From Ruminococcaceae bacterium UBA6845 (GTDB taxonomy: Bacteria > Bacillota > Clostridia > Oscillospirales > Acutalibacteraceae): 64,000 bases of DNA. The translations under genes were made by a program, and so were the position numbers. Positions 39,274 to 48,969 of this stretch are shown piece by piece. The stretch spans positions 106,113-170,112 of the forward strand of contig DKDP01000033.1 of assembly GCA_002449395.1 (NCBI GenBank), in the 5' to 3' direction. The notes below the pieces were generated by a model. It ran no database searches, was not told the origin of the DNA, and saw only the letters and a list, made by a program, of their open reading frames with translations. Every line of letters starts with the position of its first letter. Position 1 is the first letter of the stretch.

Positions 39274-41143
39274 TTCTGCGCTCCTTTTCAAGATAGATGA
39301 GCAAAACCGAGATGTCTGACGGGCTTACGCCTGAAATTCTCGACGCCTGACCGATACTGTGGGGGCGAATTTTTGAGAGTTTTTCTCTCGCTTCAAGTCT
39401 GAGACCTAAAATTGAGTTATAATCGATATTATCGGAAAGAGTTTGAACCTCAAGACGATGCATTTCATCAACCTGAGCCTGTTGGCGCTTGATATATCCC
39501 TCATATTTTGTGTCGATTTCAACCTGTTCAAATATTTCATACGGCAGATCGGGACGATCTTTATCAACTGAAACAAGATCATCATAGCCAATCTGAGGTC
39601 TTTTAAGGAGATCACAAAGATGTATTCCCGTGGTGAGCGGCGTTGTTTCACGTGAAACAAGTATTTTGTTTATCTCATCCGAGGGTGCAAAAACCGTTTT
39701 CTTTGTTCTTTCCTTTTCCTGTGCAATAAGCTCGAGCTTTTTAAGAAAAGCAGAGTATCTTTTGTCACTGATTAATCCGATCTCGTGACCGATCGGTGTA
39801 AGACGGCGGTCGGCATTGTCTTGACGGAGCAAAAGCCGATATTCGGAGCGTGAAGTCATCATTCTGTACGGATCAGAACAGCCCTTTGTTACAAGATCGT
39901 CAATAAGAGTTCCGATATATGATCCCGAGCGTTCCAAAATAAGCGGTTTTTGTCCCTTTACCTTACGTGCGGCATTGATTCCTGCTACAAGACCCTGTGC
40001 CGCAGCCTCTTCATAGCCTGAAGACCCGTTAAATTGACCTGCGCCGAAAAGACCGTCATAGTCAAGAAATTCAAGGCTTGCTTTCAGCGCGAGCGGATCA
40101 ACGCAGTCATATTCAATCGCATATGCGGTTCTCATAAGCTCGGCGTGCTCAAGTCCCGGAATTGTTCTGATAAATTTAAGCTGAACATCCTCGGGCAATG
40201 ATGATGAAAGACCCTGAAGATACATTTCCTCGGTATGCTCTCCGCAAGGCTCAATAAATATCTGATGCCTGTCTTTTTCGGCAAACCTGACTATTTTATC
40301 TTCAATGCTGGGGCAATAACGTGGTCCTTTACCGTCGATTTTGCCGCTGTAAAGCGGAGAACGGTGCAGATTCTTTAAAATAACATCTTTGGTTTCAAGA
40401 TTAGTGTATGTTACATAGCAGGGGAGCTTGTTTTTTATATCTGATTTGTTGTCAAAAGAAAACGGGACAATACGCTTGTCACCATTCTGAATTTCAAGAG
40501 AGTCACAGTCGACTGTTTTTCTGTTAACACGTGAGGGAGTTCCTGTTTTGAATCTTCTTGTCGGTATACCGATTCTTTTAAGAGCCTCACCGAGTTTTTT
40601 TGCCGGAAACATACCGTCGGGACCGCTCTCGTATGAAACATCGCCGACATAAACCTTACCGCTGAGGAATGTTCCTGTTGCAAGAATAACGCAGTCCGCA
40701 GTGTAAACCGCCTCAAGATGGGTTCTTAACTGCCATTTCCCGTTATCAAGTTTCTTAATATCGACAATTTCGCCCTGACGAAGATCGAGATTGTCCTGCA
40801 TTTCAAGGGCGTGCTTCATATAATCGGAGTAGAGTCTGCGGTCAATCTGAGCTCGGAGACTGTGTACGGCAGGACCTTTTCCGAGGTTGAGAATACGGCT
40901 TTGCAGTGTATTAGCGTCGGCCGCCTTACCCATTTCACCGCCGATAGCGTCAATTTCACGCACAAGATGACCCTTTGACGTGCCGCCTATTGACGGATTA
41001 CACGCCATATTACCGACCCAGTCAAGGTTTATAGTAAAAACGCAGGTCTGACAGCCGAGACGTGCCGAGGCAAGCCCCGCCTCAATTCCTGCGTGGCCTG
41101 CGCCGATAACTATTACCTGATAATCCTTTGCAAAATATTCCAT
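39263..41143 (-). CDS. mnmG: tRNA uridine-5-carboxymethylaminomethyl synthesis enzyme MnmG (GidA)
   Basis: YQVIVIGAGHAGIEAG FAD motif; 626 aa, GidA-like over the full length. Confidence 0.96.
   Translation of the reverse strand: MEYFAKDYQVIVIGAGHAGIEAGLASARLGCQTCVFTINLDWVGNMACNPSIGGTSKGHLVREIDAIGGEMGKAADANTLQSRILNLGKGPAVHSLRAQIDRRLYSDYMKHALEMQDNLDLRQGEIVDIKKLDNGKWQLRTHLEAVYTADCVILATGTFLSGKVYVGDVSYESGPDGMFPAKKLGEALKRIGIPTRRFKTGTPSRVNRKTVDCDSLEIQNGDKRIVPFSFDNKSDIKNKLPCYVTYTNLETKDVILKNLHRSPLYSGKIDGKGPRYCPSIEDKIVRFAEKDRHQIFIEPCGEHTEEMYLQGLSSSLPEDVQLKFIRTIPGLEHAELMRTAYAIEYDCVDPLALKASLEFLDYDGLFGAGQFNGSSGYEEAAAQGLVAGINAARKVKGQKPLILERSGSYIGTLIDDLVTKGCSDPYRMMTSRSEYRLLLRQDNADRRLTPIGHEIGLISDKRYSAFLKKLELIAQEKERTKKTVFAPSDEINKILVSRETTPLTTGIHLCDLLKRPQIGYDDLVSVDKDRPDLPYEIFEQVEIDTKYEGYIKRQQAQVDEMHRLEVQTLSDNIDYNSILGLRLEAREKLSKIRPHSIGQASRISGVSPSDISVLLIYLEKERRNDK
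39644..39659. promoter_or_regulatory. parS centromere site (perfect consensus) inside mnmG
   Basis: A second exact TGTTTCACGTGAAACA. It generates the spurious MFHVKQR ORF at 39406-39660. Confidence 0.88.
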
Positions 41144-41160
41144 ACAACTTCTCTTTTCGT

Positions 41161-42531
41161 TTATTTTCCTACACAGAACTGTTTGAATACCTCGTCAACA
41201 ACAGCTTCGCTTGCTTTCTGTCCCGTCAATTCCAATAGTGCGGCAATTGCATCATCAATGCAAACGCCAATTGCGTCGGGTGTCAGTCCTATATTTAGGG
41301 CATTTTCGGCATCCGAAAGGGCACTTTCAGCTTTTTGACAGCAAATACGCTGACGCTCATTAATCAGGATTGCCGATGTTGTGTCAAAATTCTTTGTTCC
41401 GAGCAAATCCGATACTCTGTCGCACAGCAGATCGTAGCCGTCACCGTTTTTTGCGGAGATATAAATCGGTTCGCCGAGCTGATTTTTAATATAATCAACA
41501 TCAAGAATCTGATCAAGATCTGTTTTATTTATAATCGGTATAACATTTTTGCTTTTGCACTCATCAATAAGCTCCATATCTTCGTCTGAAAGCGGTTTTG
41601 ATGAATCAAAAACGGCAAAAACAATTGCTGCACGCTCGAGTTTTTTTCGACTGCGTTCAACGCCGAGTTTTTCAACGAGATCTCCGGTTTCTCTCATTCC
41701 TGCTGTATCTGAAATTCTGAGCAGACAGCCGTTGAGATCAACCGTTTCCTCAACAACATCCCTCGTTGTACCCTCAATTTCCGTTACAATCGAACGGTCA
41801 TAGCCCGTTAAGAGATTCATCAGAGTTGATTTGCCAACATTCGGCTTGCCGACGATTGCGGCTTCAACTCCGCTTGTGACCGCCATTCCGCTGTCAAAGC
41901 TCGAAAGTAATTTTCTAATTTCTAAATTAGCATTAACAATTGTGTTTCTCAGTTCATTTTCACCGAGTTCTTCAATTTCATCATCGGGATAATCGACCCA
42001 GGCGGCGATATGAGCGGCAACGGAGAGTAAAGATAAATTGATTTTCTCAATTTTTTTGCTGAGCCTGCCCTCAAGCTGATTAAAAGCTGCGTTTGCGCCC
42101 TGTTCGCCCTGAGCGGAAATTAGGGTCATAACGCTTTCCGCCTCGGAAAGATCAAGTTTGCCGTTGAGAAATGCTCTTTTGGTAAACTCACCGGGTGCGG
42201 CGGCTTGCGCTCCGTTTTGCAGAGCGAGACGAAGTATTTTTTTCATCAAAAAAACTCCGCCGTGGCAGTTGATTTCAACGACATCCTCGCCGGTATAGCT
42301 GTGCGGAGCACGAAAAACAAGGCAGACTGCCTCGTCGACTGCATTTTCTCCGTCAAAAATTTTGCCAAAATGTGCTCTGTATCCCTTTGAGTCGGCTAAT
42401 TTTTTACCCGAAACCGAGACAAAAATTTTATCCGCAATTTCAGTTGCACATTTTCCCGATATTCTTATAATTCCAACGCCGCCGGTACCCAGTGGAGTGG
42501 ATATGGCGGCGATAGTCGATAAATCAGTCAT
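41161..42531 (-). CDS. mnmE: tRNA modification GTPase MnmE (TrmE)
   Basis: TIAAISTP.G.GG.GIIRISG, G-domain GKPNVGKSTLMN, and a C-terminal FCVGK. Confidence 0.96.
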   Translation of the reverse strand: MTDLSTIAAISTPLGTGGVGIIRISGKCATEIADKIFVSVSGKKLADSKGYRAHFGKIFDGENAVDEAVCLVFRAPHSYTGEDVVEINCHGGVFLMKKILRLALQNGAQAAAPGEFTKRAFLNGKLDLSEAESVMTLISAQGEQGANAAFNQLEGRLSKKIEKINLSLLSVAAHIAAWVDYPDDEIEELGENELRNTIVNANLEIRKLLSSFDSGMAVTSGVEAAIVGKPNVGKSTLMNLLTGYDRSIVTEIEGTTRDVVEETVDLNGCLLRISDTAGMRETGDLVEKLGVERSRKKLERAAIVFAVFDSSKPLSDEDMELIDECKSKNVIPIINKTDLDQILDVDYIKNQLGEPIYISAKNGDGYDLLCDRVSDLLGTKNFDTTSAILINERQRICCQKAESALSDAENALNIGLTPDAIGVCIDDAIAALLELTGQKASEAVVDEVFKQFCVGK

Positions 42532-42545
42532 TAATTGACCTTCCT

Positions 42546-43268
42546 TTATAGTTTGAGATTAACGTTGAAGCCCTCAAGCCTCATTGCAATACGTTTAAAT
42601 GCTTCCTTTGCTTTCGATGAATCAAGAGTTGTCATACCCACAACGGAGCAATATGAAATCTTCTTGTCCTCGGGAACAACTCCGATAAGCTGCAAAACAG
42701 TGGCGTCGATCACTTCGTCGATATTGAGATAATGACCCTGTGAAGTCAGCTTTTTATTAAATCGGTTGATAATAAGCCGAATATCCGTAACTCCAAGCTC
42801 GCTGAGCTTTTCGCCTGCAAATGCACCGACACGAACGCAAACCTCGTCTGCGGTTGAGACAATGATTCCCTCATCGGCGCAGGCTGCGGCAAGCAAGAAT
42901 CCACCGCTTACTCCGGCAGGAGCGTCCATAAGAATGTAGTCAAAAAGATCGTCGTATTCCGCAATCATATCTCTGACGGAGTCCTCGGTATAGTCGCAGT
43001 CAAAGCGTGTCGGAGCGGTCAGAAGCGACGGACCGACAGTTGATCTGATCGCCTGCATAGGCTCACAGGAGCCCTTGACAACGTCGCCCCAGTTAAAAAT
43101 TCCCGTATCGTCCGAGGCAAGAATGAGATCAAGACAGCCCATTCCGATATCAAAATCAATTACAAGAACATTCTGCCCCATATTGCAAAGCTCAATTGCT
43201 ATTCCCGCAGTCAGAGAGGATTTTCCGACTCCTCCCTTGCCGGAAGCCAATACAATTTTTCTTGCCAT
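42546..43268 (-). CDS. MinD/ParA-family P-loop ATPase (MinD-like, short C-terminus)
   Basis: Deviant Walker A SGKGGVGKSS and a MinD-like DFDIGMGCLDLIL. At 240 aa it ends where the MinD membrane-targeting helix would begin. No minC or minE is adjacent. Confidence 0.75.
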   Translation of the reverse strand: MARKIVLASGKGGVGKSSLTAGIAIELCNMGQNVLVIDFDIGMGCLDLILASDDTGIFNWGDVVKGSCEPMQAIRSTVGPSLLTAPTRFDCDYTEDSVRDMIAEYDDLFDYILMDAPAGVSGGFLLAAACADEGIIVSTADEVCVRVGAFAGEKLSELGVTDIRLIINRFNKKLTSQGHYLNIDEVIDATVLQLIGVVPEDKKISYCSVVGMTTLDSSKAKEAFKRIAMRLEGFNVNLKL

Positions 43269-43289
43269 TCAGCTCACTTCCTGTCCGTT

Positions 43290-45356
43290 TTATCTTAAAA
43301 GATCCGAATATTCATTCGTGCTATTCTCTTCCTGCTCATCACTGTTGCCGTCGACGGTAGTTTGATTTTTATAATAATAGTTGTAGATTGATGAGGCAAT
43401 CGGAGCAAGGCTGCCGCCCGAATATGCACCCTCGACGGCGACCGCAACGCAAATTTCAGGATCGTCATACGGTGCAAAAGTAATAAGAAATCCGTTTGTA
43501 TAAATTCCTGTTTTGCCGTTTATGGTTTTTTCAAGGGTTGAAGTACCTGTCTTGCAGGCAACGGGCACAATAGCATCATCAAAGCTGCCCTCAAGAGTAA
43601 CAGTCGCAACTCTGCGCATACCCTCTTTTATAATTTGGATATTTTTCTTTTTGAATCCCGTTTCGCACACAACCACGGGCTTTTTCTCTTCAATTACGGT
43701 TGAATTATCCGAGGAATAGATCGCTTTAACTATGTGTGCGCTGTAACGTGTGCCTCCGTTTGCAATCGTTGAAACATAATTGCAAAGCTGAAGCGGAGTA
43801 AAGAGGTTACCCGCTTGTCCGATCGCCGACTGGAGGGAGAAACCTGTTTCCCATCTCTGTCCGATTGAGGCACGGTAGCTCGGAGAATCAAGTACACCTG
43901 TGTTCTCTTCAAGCTCAATGCCCGTCGGCTGACCGAGACCGAGCATCTCACGGTACATATTCATCTTTTCAATTCCGAGAAGCTCTCCGCCGAAGTGATA
44001 AAAATAAATATTGCAGGAATCCTGGATGGCGGTTCGTATATCAATTGTTGTGGTCTCAGGGTTGTTGTTACAAACAAGGCCGTATTTATATGTTCCGGTA
44101 CATTCAATTGTTGAATTTTCGTCCGCAACGCCCTCTTCAAGAATGCCGATTGCCGTTGAAACCTTTGCGGTTGAACCGGGAGCATATGTGCTGAGAAGCG
44201 CACGGTTATAAAGCGGAGAATTGGCGTCCTTTGCGAGCTTTGAATAGTCCTTATAGTAGGTTTTAAGATCATAGGACGGATAAGTTGCGCAGGCGAGAAC
44301 CTCACCTGTTTTACAGTTCATTACAACAGCTGCTCCGCCGCCCTTGTTAACACTGTCAAGAGAATTGATCTTTGCGGCAAGTGCGTCCTGAGTGACCTTT
44401 TGGAGCCCTGCATCGAGAGTAAGAAAAACGTTTTCGCCGTTTTCAAGCCCCTCCGTCACGGTCGTCTGCTTTCCGTCAAGTGAGGTAGTAACGATTTTCT
44501 TTCCGTTTTTGCCCTTGAGTTGCTTTTCATAGAGCTGTTCAATGCCCGTCTTGCCGACAATATCATCCATATCGTAGCCGTCGTTCTTAAGCTGGGCATA
44601 TTCCTCGGCGCTGATAACTCCGGTAACACCGATAATGTGCGGCGCAAGAGTTCCGTCGGTGTACTCACGGTAGCTTACAACCTGTACGTCAACACCCTTA
44701 TAAAAGCTGCTGTTTTCTTTAATTACCGAGGCGACGAGATCGCTGACGTCGGTTGCAAATGTATAGGGATTTGCCGAGTTGAAATTATTGATTTTCATCT
44801 CATAGCACACAGAAGCAATTTTTCTTGCGTCTGCTTTTGAATAGCTTTCGAGCTTATATCTTTCAACAAGCTCACGCATACAGTCGTCCGCCGTTGCGTA
44901 TTTGTTGAGACGGAGAATGTCACGGGATTTCATCGTTTCGATATCCTTGTCCCTATCGGCGGCGAATTGATAATTGCCGTTTGAGTCAAGGACAATCGGC
45001 ATATCGTCGTTCCATTTAACATTATTTTTTTCAAAGAGATCAATCAAGGATTTGATGAGCTTGTTACGCTCCTCCTGCTTTGAATATTCCGGAAATTCTG
45101 CGGCGTTGAAAACAACGTCGTTACCCTGTCTGTTGCCGACAATAACATTACCGTTGCGGTCAAAAATCTGACCTCTTGTCGCCTTGACCTCGGTTGATTC
45201 AACGGAAGCGGTGTTGGAAGAAATTTCTTTCTTTGTACTGATAAGCTGATTCTTTGCAAGGGTAAAAACAAAGACGGCAATCAGGCAGAAAAATATTGCA
45301 ATCATTGCAATGAATCTTCCCTTTTTTTCTTCACGTGCAAGCCTCAATGTTTTCAC
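43290..45356 (-). CDS. mrdA: penicillin-binding protein 2 (elongation transpeptidase)
   Basis: N-terminal TM anchor, a PBP dimerisation domain, and a transpeptidase domain with the STAK (SxxK) motif. Lies downstream of mreBCD. Confidence 0.88.
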   Translation of the reverse strand: MKTLRLAREEKKGRFIAMIAIFFCLIAVFVFTLAKNQLISTKKEISSNTASVESTEVKATRGQIFDRNGNVIVGNRQGNDVVFNAAEFPEYSKQEERNKLIKSLIDLFEKNNVKWNDDMPIVLDSNGNYQFAADRDKDIETMKSRDILRLNKYATADDCMRELVERYKLESYSKADARKIASVCYEMKINNFNSANPYTFATDVSDLVASVIKENSSFYKGVDVQVVSYREYTDGTLAPHIIGVTGVISAEEYAQLKNDGYDMDDIVGKTGIEQLYEKQLKGKNGKKIVTTSLDGKQTTVTEGLENGENVFLTLDAGLQKVTQDALAAKINSLDSVNKGGGAAVVMNCKTGEVLACATYPSYDLKTYYKDYSKLAKDANSPLYNRALLSTYAPGSTAKVSTAIGILEEGVADENSTIECTGTYKYGLVCNNNPETTTIDIRTAIQDSCNIYFYHFGGELLGIEKMNMYREMLGLGQPTGIELEENTGVLDSPSYRASIGQRWETGFSLQSAIGQAGNLFTPLQLCNYVSTIANGGTRYSAHIVKAIYSSDNSTVIEEKKPVVVCETGFKKKNIQIIKEGMRRVATVTLEGSFDDAIVPVACKTGTSTLEKTINGKTGIYTNGFLITFAPYDDPEICVAVAVEGAYSGGSLAPIASSIYNYYYKNQTTVDGNSDEQEENSTNEYSDLLR

Positions 45357-45405
45357 TCCTTTGCTTTAAAAATTTATAAAACTGCAAATATAAAACGAGA
45401 AAAAT

Positions 45406-45936
45406 TCAATTAAATTTTTTCACAATCACACGGACGATTAAATAGAAAATCGGGGTGAAAATTGTCGTATAAATTGCGGACAAAAAGTAATATTTAAGAT
45501 AGAAAACAAACGTAATATTTATACCGTCAAAAACGAAAAAGAAAAGACAGTAAAGCGAATTGAGAATCAATGAAAATGCGAGAGTGAAAATCATCGCTGT
45601 TACAAGATTGTTTCGCATCAGATAGGTTATCAACATTCCCGTTGTGAATCCGATGAGCGTGAGCATAACCGAATAGAAACAAACGCTGTCGGGGCTGACG
45701 GTCTCAAGCATCATTCCCGCCGCAAGTCCGTAAAAAAGTCCGCTGAACTCACGCTCAAACATTGCGACACAAACCGTTATCGGAATCATCAGACAGGCGT
45801 GTATGCCGAACGGTGCGGGAAAGAATCCGCCCGTTGTCTGGATAATAAATGTTATGAGCACTATTACGGCGAGAAGGATTCGCCTTTTTATACTGTCTTT
45901 TTTGCTCAGCTCTTCAATGTAATTCATATCAGTCAC
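45406..45936 (-). CDS. mreD: rod shape-determining protein MreD
   Basis: 176-aa polytopic membrane protein that overlaps the mreC stop. Confidence 0.75.
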   Translation of the reverse strand: MTDMNYIEELSKKDSIKRRILLAVIVLITFIIQTTGGFFPAPFGIHACLMIPITVCVAMFEREFSGLFYGLAAGMMLETVSPDSVCFYSVMLTLIGFTTGMLITYLMRNNLVTAMIFTLAFSLILNSLYCLFFFVFDGINITFVFYLKYYFLSAIYTTIFTPIFYLIVRVIVKKFN

Positions 45937-46789
45937 CCGTAATGGTTATAACGCCCTGACCCTCAAACTCGGTGATGATGAAAACCTCGGAAAGCTCTTC
46001 GATATTGACCGCCGATCTGACAGTCGCAAAGGAAGTGCCGTCCTCCTTGGAGTTTTCAATTTTAACAACCGTTCCGACAATGAGATCCTTGGGATAAATT
46101 CCGCCGTTGCCCGTTGTGCAGATAATTCCGCTCGGTGAAACGGACGAATCGGATTTGAGACCCGGCAGCTTGCAGTAAACTCTGTCCTCGGTCTCTCCCG
46201 TACCCGTAACATAGCCGATCTCGCCTGTATAGGTTTCGTAAACGCTGACATTTGTTTTCGGGTTTGAAATTGTATAAACGGTGCAGGAAGTCGGGCTGAC
46301 GCTTGCAACAACGCCAACCAAATTTTTACCGTAGATAACAGGATCGTTGATTTTTATTCCGTTTGCCGTTCCTTTATTGAGAGTGAATGATGCAAACGGA
46401 TTTTCAAAATCGTTTGAGATTATCTTTGCGTTTTCAAATTTAAAATCGGGATTTTCTTCCTTAACTCCAAGAAAATCTTCATATGTCTTGAGTTTCTTTT
46501 TTAAATTATTGTAGTCGATGATCTCGTTCTGATATTCGCCGATTTGCTCCTTGAGCTTGCGGTTTTCCTCAGCGAGCTTTGACGATGATTTGAAGCTGTC
46601 GTTGAAGTTTGAAAATTTATAACTGAGGTATGAAGAAAAGCGCTGAAGAGGATGAAGCACGGTGCTTGTTGCCGATGAAAGCGGCGTGGAATTGTTATGA
46701 GTATATGCGGCGATAACTGCGCCGAGCGAAAGTGCGACGATCACACATATGAGCGCCTTAAAAGCACGGTTTCTGAATATTTTTTTCAT
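45929..46789 (-). CDS. mreC: rod shape-determining protein MreC
   Basis: N-terminal anchor, a coiled coil (ENRKLKEQIGEYQNE), and beta-rich C-terminal domains (GLVGVV.SV type). Confidence 0.88.
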   Translation of the reverse strand: MKKIFRNRAFKALICVIVALSLGAVIAAYTHNNSTPLSSATSTVLHPLQRFSSYLSYKFSNFNDSFKSSSKLAEENRKLKEQIGEYQNEIIDYNNLKKKLKTYEDFLGVKEENPDFKFENAKIISNDFENPFASFTLNKGTANGIKINDPVIYGKNLVGVVASVSPTSCTVYTISNPKTNVSVYETYTGEIGYVTGTGETEDRVYCKLPGLKSDSSVSPSGIICTTGNGGIYPKDLIVGTVVKIENSKEDGTSFATVRSAVNIEELSEVFIITEFEGQGVITITGD

Positions 46790-46823
46790 TCCTCTTCACC
46801 TCCTTGGTATGTAAAAGTTTTTA

Positions 46824-47810
46824 TCAGCGGCGTTTTTCAAGGCAGATGCCTGTTCCCTCAACAACGCAGTCAAGCGGATTGTCCGCAACTCTGACGGGAA
46901 TCTTGACCTCTTGCTCAATGAGCTTGTCAAGACCTCTGAGGAGAGCTCCGCCGCCTGTGAGTGTGATTCCGCTGTCGATAATATCTGCGGCAAGCTCGGG
47001 CGGTGTGTTCTCGAGAGTGATTTTAATAGCGTCGATGATCTGATAAACCGCTTCCTTGAGGGCGTCACGAATTTCAGCAGCAGTTACCTCAACGTCTTTC
47101 GGAAGTCCGTCAATGAGGTTCCTTCCCTTAACGTTGATTGCGCCTTCTCCTTCGTATTCAAATGCGGAACCGATCTGAATTTTTATGTCCTCTGCGGTTC
47201 TTTCACCGATAAGAAGATTGTATTTCTTTCTGACATAGTTGATTATTGCCTCGTCATAGCTGTCGCCCGCACCCTTGACAGAGCGTGAAGTAACAATATC
47301 GCTGAGTGCAACTACGGCAACCTCGGCAGTTCCGCCGCCGATATCGACGATCATTGAGCCTTCGGGCTTTTCAACGTCGATTCCCGCACCGATTGCAGCA
47401 GCCATAGGCTCCTCAATGAGGCTTACATATCTCGCTCCCGCCGATTTGGCGGCGTCGTTTACAGCTCTGCGCTCAACCTCGGTAACACCCGACGGAACAC
47501 AGATCATAACTCGGGTTTTGCTGAGCGGAGATGCGGTGATCGCCTTGCGGATAAATTTTTTGAGCATCTCTGCGGTTGCGTCAAAGTCGGCAATAACGCC
47601 GTCACGAAGAGGACGGAGAGCTACGATTGAACCCGGAGTTCTGCCGATCATATCCTTTGCCTCTGAACCGACCGCGACAACCTTAACCGGAGTGAATCTC
47701 TGATCGACCGCAACGACCGACGGCTCACGGATTATAATTCCCTTGCCTTTTACAAAAACGAGTGTATTTGAAGTTCCGAGATCAATTCCAATATCCTGTG
47801 AAAATAACAT
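46824..47810 (-). CDS. mreB: rod shape-determining protein MreB
   Basis: [13 protein letters not shown], actin-fold phosphate motifs, DIGGGT. Confidence 0.96.
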   Translation of the reverse strand: MLFSQDIGIDLGTSNTLVFVKGKGIIIREPSVVAVDQRFTPVKVVAVGSEAKDMIGRTPGSIVALRPLRDGVIADFDATAEMLKKFIRKAITASPLSKTRVMICVPSGVTEVERRAVNDAAKSAGARYVSLIEEPMAAAIGAGIDVEKPEGSMIVDIGGGTAEVAVVALSDIVTSRSVKGAGDSYDEAIINYVRKKYNLLIGERTAEDIKIQIGSAFEYEGEGAINVKGRNLIDGLPKDVEVTAAEIRDALKEAVYQIIDAIKITLENTPPELAADIIDSGITLTGGGALLRGLDKLIEQEVKIPVRVADNPLDCVVEGTGICLEKRR

Positions 47811-47822
47811 AATAATTTCTCC

Positions 47823-48578
47823 TTACTGATTATTTGCTGCCGTGGTGTTTTCGTTGAGCTTTGTGAAACGCTCCGTCGGATGTGTGCTTACATTGTCCGT
47901 CGGAAGCTCCTTGATCGTTGCACACGAATTGATCAGCTCAATTACCGAATCCTTGTCGTAGCATTTATCGTAAACGGAAACCGTGATCTCGATCATCGGC
48001 TCGCCGTCGTCAATGCAGAAATAATAAACGTCCGTGTTCTCGGAGGCAACCTTGTAGGTTATTGTCTTGGCATTTTTTCCGAGAAGAGTTGTTTCACCCT
48101 CTGTGATGTCGGATATCTCGTCGCCGAGTGAGTTCAGCTTAACGATGTTGGTGAGATAGCTGTTATATGTCTCCTGCAAGGTCTTGTTCATACTGTAAGT
48201 GAACTCCATCTGGCAGGCGGAAACGCCCGACTTTGTACATTTGCCCGAATGACGGAGCCTTACATACGAGACCTCCTGAGAAACCGACCAGCTGCTCGGC
48301 ACATCAATGCTGACAACCGCATTTTCAATCTTTGAGTTCCTCTTGTTGGTGATTTTGTCGGGAAATTCATATGGCTCGGTGACCTTATTTCCGTCCTTAT
48401 CGGTTTTTTCAATGATGAGACGGCCCCATTTATCTTGTATGGTCTTGCCGTCCTTATCCGTGGCAAGGGTAAAGGAAACGCCGTCCTTGTCAACAATTGA
48501 ATTGTCCTTTCCGCAGGCGGTCATCGCAACGGAAAAAACAAGTAAAAATGCAGAAATTATAATAAGAGATTTTTTCAA
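47823..48578 (-). CDS. hypothetical lipoprotein
   Basis: Lipobox-type signal peptide (LLVFSVAMTA-C-GKD). No recognisable domain. Lies 12 nt upstream of mreB. Confidence 0.6.
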   Translation of the reverse strand: MKKSLIIISAFLLVFSVAMTACGKDNSIVDKDGVSFTLATDKDGKTIQDKWGRLIIEKTDKDGNKVTEPYEFPDKITNKRNSKIENAVVSIDVPSSWSVSQEVSYVRLRHSGKCTKSGVSACQMEFTYSMNKTLQETYNSYLTNIVKLNSLGDEISDITEGETTLLGKNAKTITYKVASENTDVYYFCIDDGEPMIEITVSVYDKCYDKDSVIELINSCATIKELPTDNVSTHPTERFTKLNENTTAANNQ

Positions 48579-48664
48579 ACAAATCGCCTACTTTACAATT
48601 TTATTCAATATAAAAGTATATCATTTCATATGTCAAAAGTCAATCTAAATAATGCAAATTACGG

Positions 48665-48693
48665 TTGACAATTACAGCTTATTTTGATAGAAT
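48665..48693 (+). promoter_or_regulatory. sigma-A-type promoter for tRNA-Arg
   Basis: TTGACA (48665-48670), 17-nt spacer, TAGAAT (48688-48693), with TG at -15/-14. Confidence 0.6.
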
Positions 48694-48706
48694 AATTAGG
48701 CAATAA

Positions 48707-48783
48707 GTCTCCGTAGCTCAGCAGGATAGAGCGTTCGCCTCCTAAGCGAAAGGCCGTGGGTTCGAATCCCGCCGGGGACGCCA
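48707..48783 (+). tRNA. tRNA-Arg (anticodon CCU)
   Basis: 77-nt cloverleaf folded by hand: acceptor gtctccg/cggggac, anticodon stem ttcgc/gcgaa with loop ct-CCT-aa, T-arm gtggg-ttcgaat-cccgc, and an encoded CCA. Confidence 0.92.
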
Positions 48784-48784
48784 G

Positions 48785-48816
48785 AAAAAGCACTTGCTTT
48801 CGCAAGTGCTTTTTTT
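48785..48816 (+). terminator. intrinsic terminator after tRNA-Arg
   Basis: agcacttgc-tttc-gcaagtgct followed by T6. Nearly identical to the terminator after tRNA-Leu. Confidence 0.85.
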
Positions 48817-48822
48817 AATGAA

Positions 48823-48901
48823 ATCAGACTGCGGAAAGGGGTAAAAGGAAATTTTTAGTCTTTAACAAACACCTCAGCCGGCAGTGCCCTGCAAGGGAGC
48901 C
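48823..48901 (+). repeat. GC-rich repeat unit, type B
   Basis: atcagact...ctttaacaaacacctcagccggcagtgccctgcaagggagcc shares atcagact, ctttaac, cacctc and ccctgcaagggag with 33364-33418, in the same order. Confidence 0.7.
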
Positions 48902-48969
48902 TACGTAAATCCTTGTGAATATTGGGTTTATGTATACCTTGTTTACAGACTTAATTTCACAATCGAAAA

